In this document: piece by piece, positions 59,524 through 64,000 of the stretch
Layout: each line of letters opens with the position of its first letter
Numbering within the stretch: the stretch's first letter is position 1
Source: Podarcis filfolensis
Taxonomy: Eukaryota
Assembly: GCA_964270895.1 (NCBI GenBank)
Contig: OZ185449.1
Length of the DNA stretch: 64,000 nucleotides
Strand: one strand, 5' to 3'
Program-made: the position numbers and the translations under genes
Notes under the pieces: generated by a model
The model's database searches: none
Told to the model about the DNA's origin: nothing
What the model saw: only the letters and a program-made list of their open reading frames with translations

Positions 59524-60195
59524 GTAATTTGCTTGTTATTGCATTTATATCCTGCTTTCCCTCCAAGTAGCTCAAGCTGCTTTACATGGTTCTCCTAACA
59601 TCCCCTTTTTGTTCTCACACCAACCCTGTGGGATAAATGGTGGTGGCTGGCCTAAGGTCACCCGAGGAGCTTCATGGCTGAGTGAGTCTAGCCTGCTAAC
59701 AGCTACACTACACAACACCATCTTGCCTATTGCCACTAACCAAGAAATGCCCACCTGTCTCTATTGCTCTTCCAGATGTACCAACCCCAGCTGCTCCAGG
59801 GTCTCCCTTTCCCTCAAATGTTTACACTCATTATCCCTGGCTGCCCCTTCTGCTTAAGCCTGACTCCCAAGACATCTCAAGTGCAATTATTCTGTAAAGC
59901 CTCTGGTACAAGTCCTTACTCTGCACAGAAACTGAACTTTAGTGTGTGTAACTGTATTTCTTCCATATTAGTTACTTTGCCCAAGTCTTCCTCTCCCCTC
60001 TCTGTCAAAGTTTACATTGTAAGGGTCTTGGGGCAGGGATCTACCTTTTTGTCTATGTTACTCTGTAAGGCAATTAATAGATAAGCAGCAGTTTTTAAGC
60101 AGAGGTTGGATGGCCATCTTTCAGGGATTCCCCAAAAAGTACCCCTCCTTTAACACCCCATACACCCCAACAATAGCCCTAGCAATAGCAATATA

Positions 60196-60417
60196 CAGTG
60201 GTACCTCTAGTTGTGGACACAATCTGTTCCGGGGTGCTGTTTGCACCCCAAAAAGTCCGCAACTAGAGTGGCACTTCTGTGCAAGCGCGGAGCACAATAG
60301 AGCAGTTCTGCGCATGTGCAAAGCGTGCAGAACGCTTCTGCGTATGCGCGCGGGGTTTGCTGTGTTCGCAAGCCAAAAAGACCCAACATGAACCTAACGC
60401 AACACGAGGTATGACTG
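60196..60417. mobile_element. Tc1/mariner MITE
   Basis: TA-CAGTGGTACCTC ... GAGGTATGACTG-TA. Confidence 0.85.
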
Positions 60418-60636
60418 TAGTATTTAGAGGGAAATTATATGATGTTCTTAATTAATTTAGATCATGGCTGGGGAAACTTTCACCCTCGAGGTGATGCTGG
60501 ACTCCCACCATCCTTGGCCTGGAACCCAGATGGAGTTCGGGTTTGACATCCAAAGGGCAGCAGTCCCCCTCCCACCGATTCAGAATGGCATGTTAGATGG
60601 AGTTAACAGAGCACATTCTGGTTTTTTTTTTTTTAG

Positions 60637-60696
60637 GAAGTTCCAGTCAATATAGGAAGAGCCGGCGCCTGTGTTGTAGTCGTGAAGCTGCCATAA
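60637..60696 (+). CDS. KLHL4: KLHL4 last coding exon (EVPVNIGRAGACVVVVKLP*)
   Basis: Acceptor (t)13ag|GAA, stop TAA at 60694-60696. The 11 exons sum to 2169 nt, an uninterrupted 722-aa frame. Confidence 0.96.
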   Translation, partial: EVPVNIGRAGACVVVVKLP

Positions 60697-61796
60697 CAGA
60701 GCATTTCCAGGTGTGAAATATTAATAAGAAGCATGGCAGAAGAGGAGATGCATCCTTGAAAACAACACAAAGCGCTTCCACTACAGGAGGAGGAAAGACA
60801 AGGATGAGCCTGTGTGGAGCCTGAGCACGAAAATCACATTTTCTGCATTCCAAAGACACACTTGGCAGGTGTTTGATCATCATGGGTGATGTTAATCTCT
60901 ATCTGTAGGGAGCATCTGGGTACACACTGTGCATCAATAGAGAGAGCCTCATTCTAAAGCAATTCTGTGTCAAGAACAGCTGAGTGTGCAGCTGAAAAAG
61001 AAACCTGTATCTCCCCCCCTATAATTGCTTACACTTGCATTATAAGAACCCCTGGACAGCTTGATATGGAGAAGGAGGGCAGGGAGCCATGTGGAGCCTT
61101 GAATCCCTATTCCCTCACCAGAAAGGCGCCTTGTGTAGTCTCCTCCTCATGCACAAAGATACCTCTGCTGGGTCTTTTCTGCACCACTTAGCATCCATGA
61201 ACAGTTGCCAGGTCCCCAGGACTTTGGCAGGGCTCATTGCTAATGCTTGCCTCTTTTGTGCTTTTTCAGGCTTTGCCCCTGGTTTTGATCACCATCAGTT
61301 AGCTGGATCTAGTTGCCCTTAAAGTTTCTCACAGTGCTCTTGACCTGGGGTCATATTGCATATGGAAAAATACAAGGGTAGCTAGGCAAAGCTGGCCAGT
61401 GCTATGCGGAGCACTGCTACTGCAGCAAGATGTCCACTGATGGAAGGCAGTGCTGAGAGGACACAATGTTCAGGGCCACTTAATGCTTGAGCTGACCCTG
61501 ATTCTTTGGATTCTGTGATAAATCTAGACCAGGAGTTGGCAATTTAGCACATGTTGGCACTGAGGTGCCTATGCAGCTATGGAATCTCTGAGCATTCCCT
61601 GTCACTATCCCCATGGTCATAAGGTAGCAAGGGGGGGGTTACTTTCTTCTTCTCCTTCCAAAAGTACATACGGTTGAAGGAGGAAGTTGGAAAAGTGCCA
61701 CTCTTTCTCACATCCTCTTTCAACTCTAAGATTGTGTGTGTGTGTGTGATTCAGATTAATTATATTGGTTCTAACTTTGACCCAGAACCCTAGTAG

Positions 61797-61798
<2 letters not shown>

Positions 61799-61862
<64 letters not shown>
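61799..61862. repeat. Compound (TC)n(TG)n microsatellite in the putative 3' UTR
   Basis: Direct reading. Confidence 0.95.
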
Positions 61863-62096
61863 CACATGTGTTTCATCTTTTTTGTCTTTGGGTGGGGAGG
61901 TGCTGATCTGGGAGAGGGTGGGAATGCAGCCCTTGCTCAAAATGTGGCCAATAGTCATAAAAAAGGGGTCAGTGGCTCCTAATATAGGCATTGCTTACGT
62001 ATCACCCAATGTCTAGAAACAAGGTGGCTCCCATCTCTACCCTTCCTGAAGCATGTGCTGAGTTAAAGGGGGGGGGGAGCAGATTGTGATTGCAGA

Positions 62097-62102
62097 AATA
62101 AA
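62097..62102 (+). terminator. Candidate KLHL4 polyadenylation signal (AATAAA)
   Basis: First canonical AATAAA I found downstream of the stop codon, implying a 3' UTR of about 1.4 kb. No transcript evidence. Confidence 0.35.
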
Positions 62103-62131
62103 ATACTTGGTAGGTTATAAGCAGCAACTCA

Positions 62132-62810
62132 ATACGATACGATAATCTTTATTGTCATTGTCCCATACAGAACAACGAAATTGAAAAATCTACATAAAAC
62201 ATTCAAAACTTAACAGGCCTTCTATCCCAGCTATCCCAACCTAGTTAGCGCACTAAAAACTCTGATACCCTATTTTTAAATACAATATACTCCCACAGAG
62301 ACTCCTTACACTGCGTTTAAAACCAAAATCGCATTTGGGTAGAAACTGTTTCTCAGGCGGCTAGTCCTAGTCTTTGTAACCCTGTACCTTCTTCCAGAAG
62401 GCAGAAGCTGAAAGATATCATTTTCGGGGTGCGCACTATCCTGCACTATCTCTGCTGCTTTCTTATGGTACCTGGAAGCATAGATTTGATCCAAGGCAGG
62501 AAGAGTGCACCTAATTATTCTCTCCGCAGTCTTTAGAACGCTGGACAGCATTGTTTTTCCCCTAACCGTGCAGCTCCCAAACCACACGCACAGACCATAA
62601 GTTAATGCACTCTCCACAGTACAATGGTAAAATGCCATCAACATGTCCCTTGAGAGGTTGTTTTTCTGGAGGATTCTCAGAAAATATAGCCTCTGCTGTG
62701 CTCTCTTCATTAGGCCTTTGCTGTTTTCTCCCCAGGTTAGGTCATCTCGCAACTCCATTCCCAGAAATTGAAACACCGAGACCCGTTCCACGAATTTCCT
62801 CTCAATAATA
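62132..62810 (-). mobile_element. 5'-truncated Rex1/Babar-clade LINE
   Basis: AQQRLYFLR...ESALTY...LLPSGRRYR...RTSRLRNSFYP.A is the C-terminus typical of Rex/Babar. AATAAAG plus (ATCGT)n tail. Confidence 0.85.
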
Positions 62811-63802
62811 AGAACACTCAAATACAGTGTCACACTGACGTTCCTGGAATTGCTAATGGAAAAATGATTATAAGACATAATTATTATGGAAGTGGTCTTT
62901 AGTCTTTCTGAACACAGGACTCTGCTAGCATGGGCCCAGTTTTTGTTTTGTAAATGTATTATATGATTACCCTTGCTGCGTATAGATCTGCCCTCTTTTG
63001 TTTGCTTTCCTTCCTTCCTCTGACAGAAAAAAAAGTCACTGCCGTGCTGCTTTCACCCACATGAGGTCACGTGCTTCCAGTTCTTCAGTTGAGGACCAGT
63101 GTATTGCAAACGCATGATTGCAAACGCACCCAGAATCTCTCTGCTTTGTTGGGCAGAGACCTTAGCACCAAATAGAAGTCCTCAGGAGAAGGTGGTGCGA
63201 TGTGGCAAACCTTGTCAGTTGGGCCATCCATGCTGCCCCTACAGTTCTCCCACCTGTGGCAGATCAGCCTAGGTCCCTGCAAAGTGTTGCATGTCTTGCA
63301 AGCATCAGAGTGCTTAAAGAAGGGGTGGGGGGCCTCAGGCCCAAAAGGACCCAATGAGACCCTGCTCACTGGCATTGCATCACATCACATCTCCCTTGCT
63401 GAAATGTGCCATTGAACTCTGATAGTGCCTCTTGCTTGCTTGCCTGGATGGAGGATGCACAGGTGCGTATGTGCGTGTATAGAAACTAACTTACTGTACA
63501 AAGCTAGCTTTCCCATTCATTGACCTGCTCACTTTTGCCCCTGGTTCTGCATAGCCCAGGTCTGTGGCTCATAGAAGGTTGCCCCGGAAGTTCTTTGGCT
63601 CAGAAATGTTCCTCACCCCTGGTTTAACTAAACGCAACCAACACCCAACCCCTTCCCTAACAAAACATCACAGACCATCAACTTCAAGTCTTTTACCATG
63701 GTACCTCAGGAAGGTGGCAAGGTCCCAACATTGTCTGAGAACACAGCTACGTTGGCAAAGAAAAAGCGCTTTATATGTGTCTGTATATGCATTATAACGC
63801 TG

Positions 63803-63820
63803 TGACACCAGATGGCGCTG
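63803..63820 (+). promoter_or_regulatory. Candidate CTCF binding site
   Basis: TGACACCAGATGGCGCTG closely fits the CTCF consensus CCASYAGRKGGCRS. Confidence 0.5.
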
Positions 63821-64000
63821 TGGAGTTCTGCTTTTGCTAACCCGATTTCTCATACAAAGTTTGCAACGTGTTTAACTGAAACACTTCTTTGGTGTGTCTA
63901 GATCTAGCCTGGGATCTAGAATCATATAGAATTGTAAAGTTGGAAGGGACCCTGAGGTAACCTAGTCAACTAATGTCAACTAAGGCATCTGTGACAGGTG

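Noticed and set aside
17683-60696. Assignment to KLHL1 or KLHL5
   Set aside because: The N-terminus ([24 protein letters not shown]) and C-terminus (EVPVNIGRAGACVVVVKLP) match KLHL4 as I recall it.
62306-62878. 190-aa ORF as a host gene
   Set aside because: It is the Rex/Babar ORF C-terminus; the first 25 or so residues come from flanking DNA.
1-64000. CRISPR arrays, rRNA genes, prokaryote-type operons
   Set aside because: None seen. This is intron-rich vertebrate DNA with no regularly spaced repeat-spacer structure.

Overview
Vertebrate genomic DNA from a squamate reptile, probably a lacertid lizard (inferred from Sauria/Squam-type SINEs and BovB). The window holds one complete protein-coding gene, KLHL4, on the + strand: 11 GT-AG coding exons from 17689 to 60696, 2169 nt, 722 aa, with an N-terminal extension, BTB, BACK and six Kelch repeats. 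The rest is repeat-rich intron and flank: a full-length antisense L1 (39657-46039) with target-site duplication, two related solo LTRs, BovB, L2, CR1 and Rex/Babar fragments, tRNA-derived SINEs, and many hAT and Tc1/mariner MITEs. Most notable: (1) a 217-bp palindromic Penelope-like insertion inside the L1 endonuclease region, carrying a minimal hammerhead ribozyme core within an 83-bp near-perfect hairpin; (2) two diverged solo LTRs that share a decayed acidic ORF with a reconstructable RRSLRL motif, suggesting an LTR-encoded protein; (3) an L2 fragment flanked by an inverted rather than direct repeat; (4) two ways the L1 could alter KLHL4 transcripts. Family names come from recalled sequence motifs, not database searches. 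Boundaries of old repeats are approximate.
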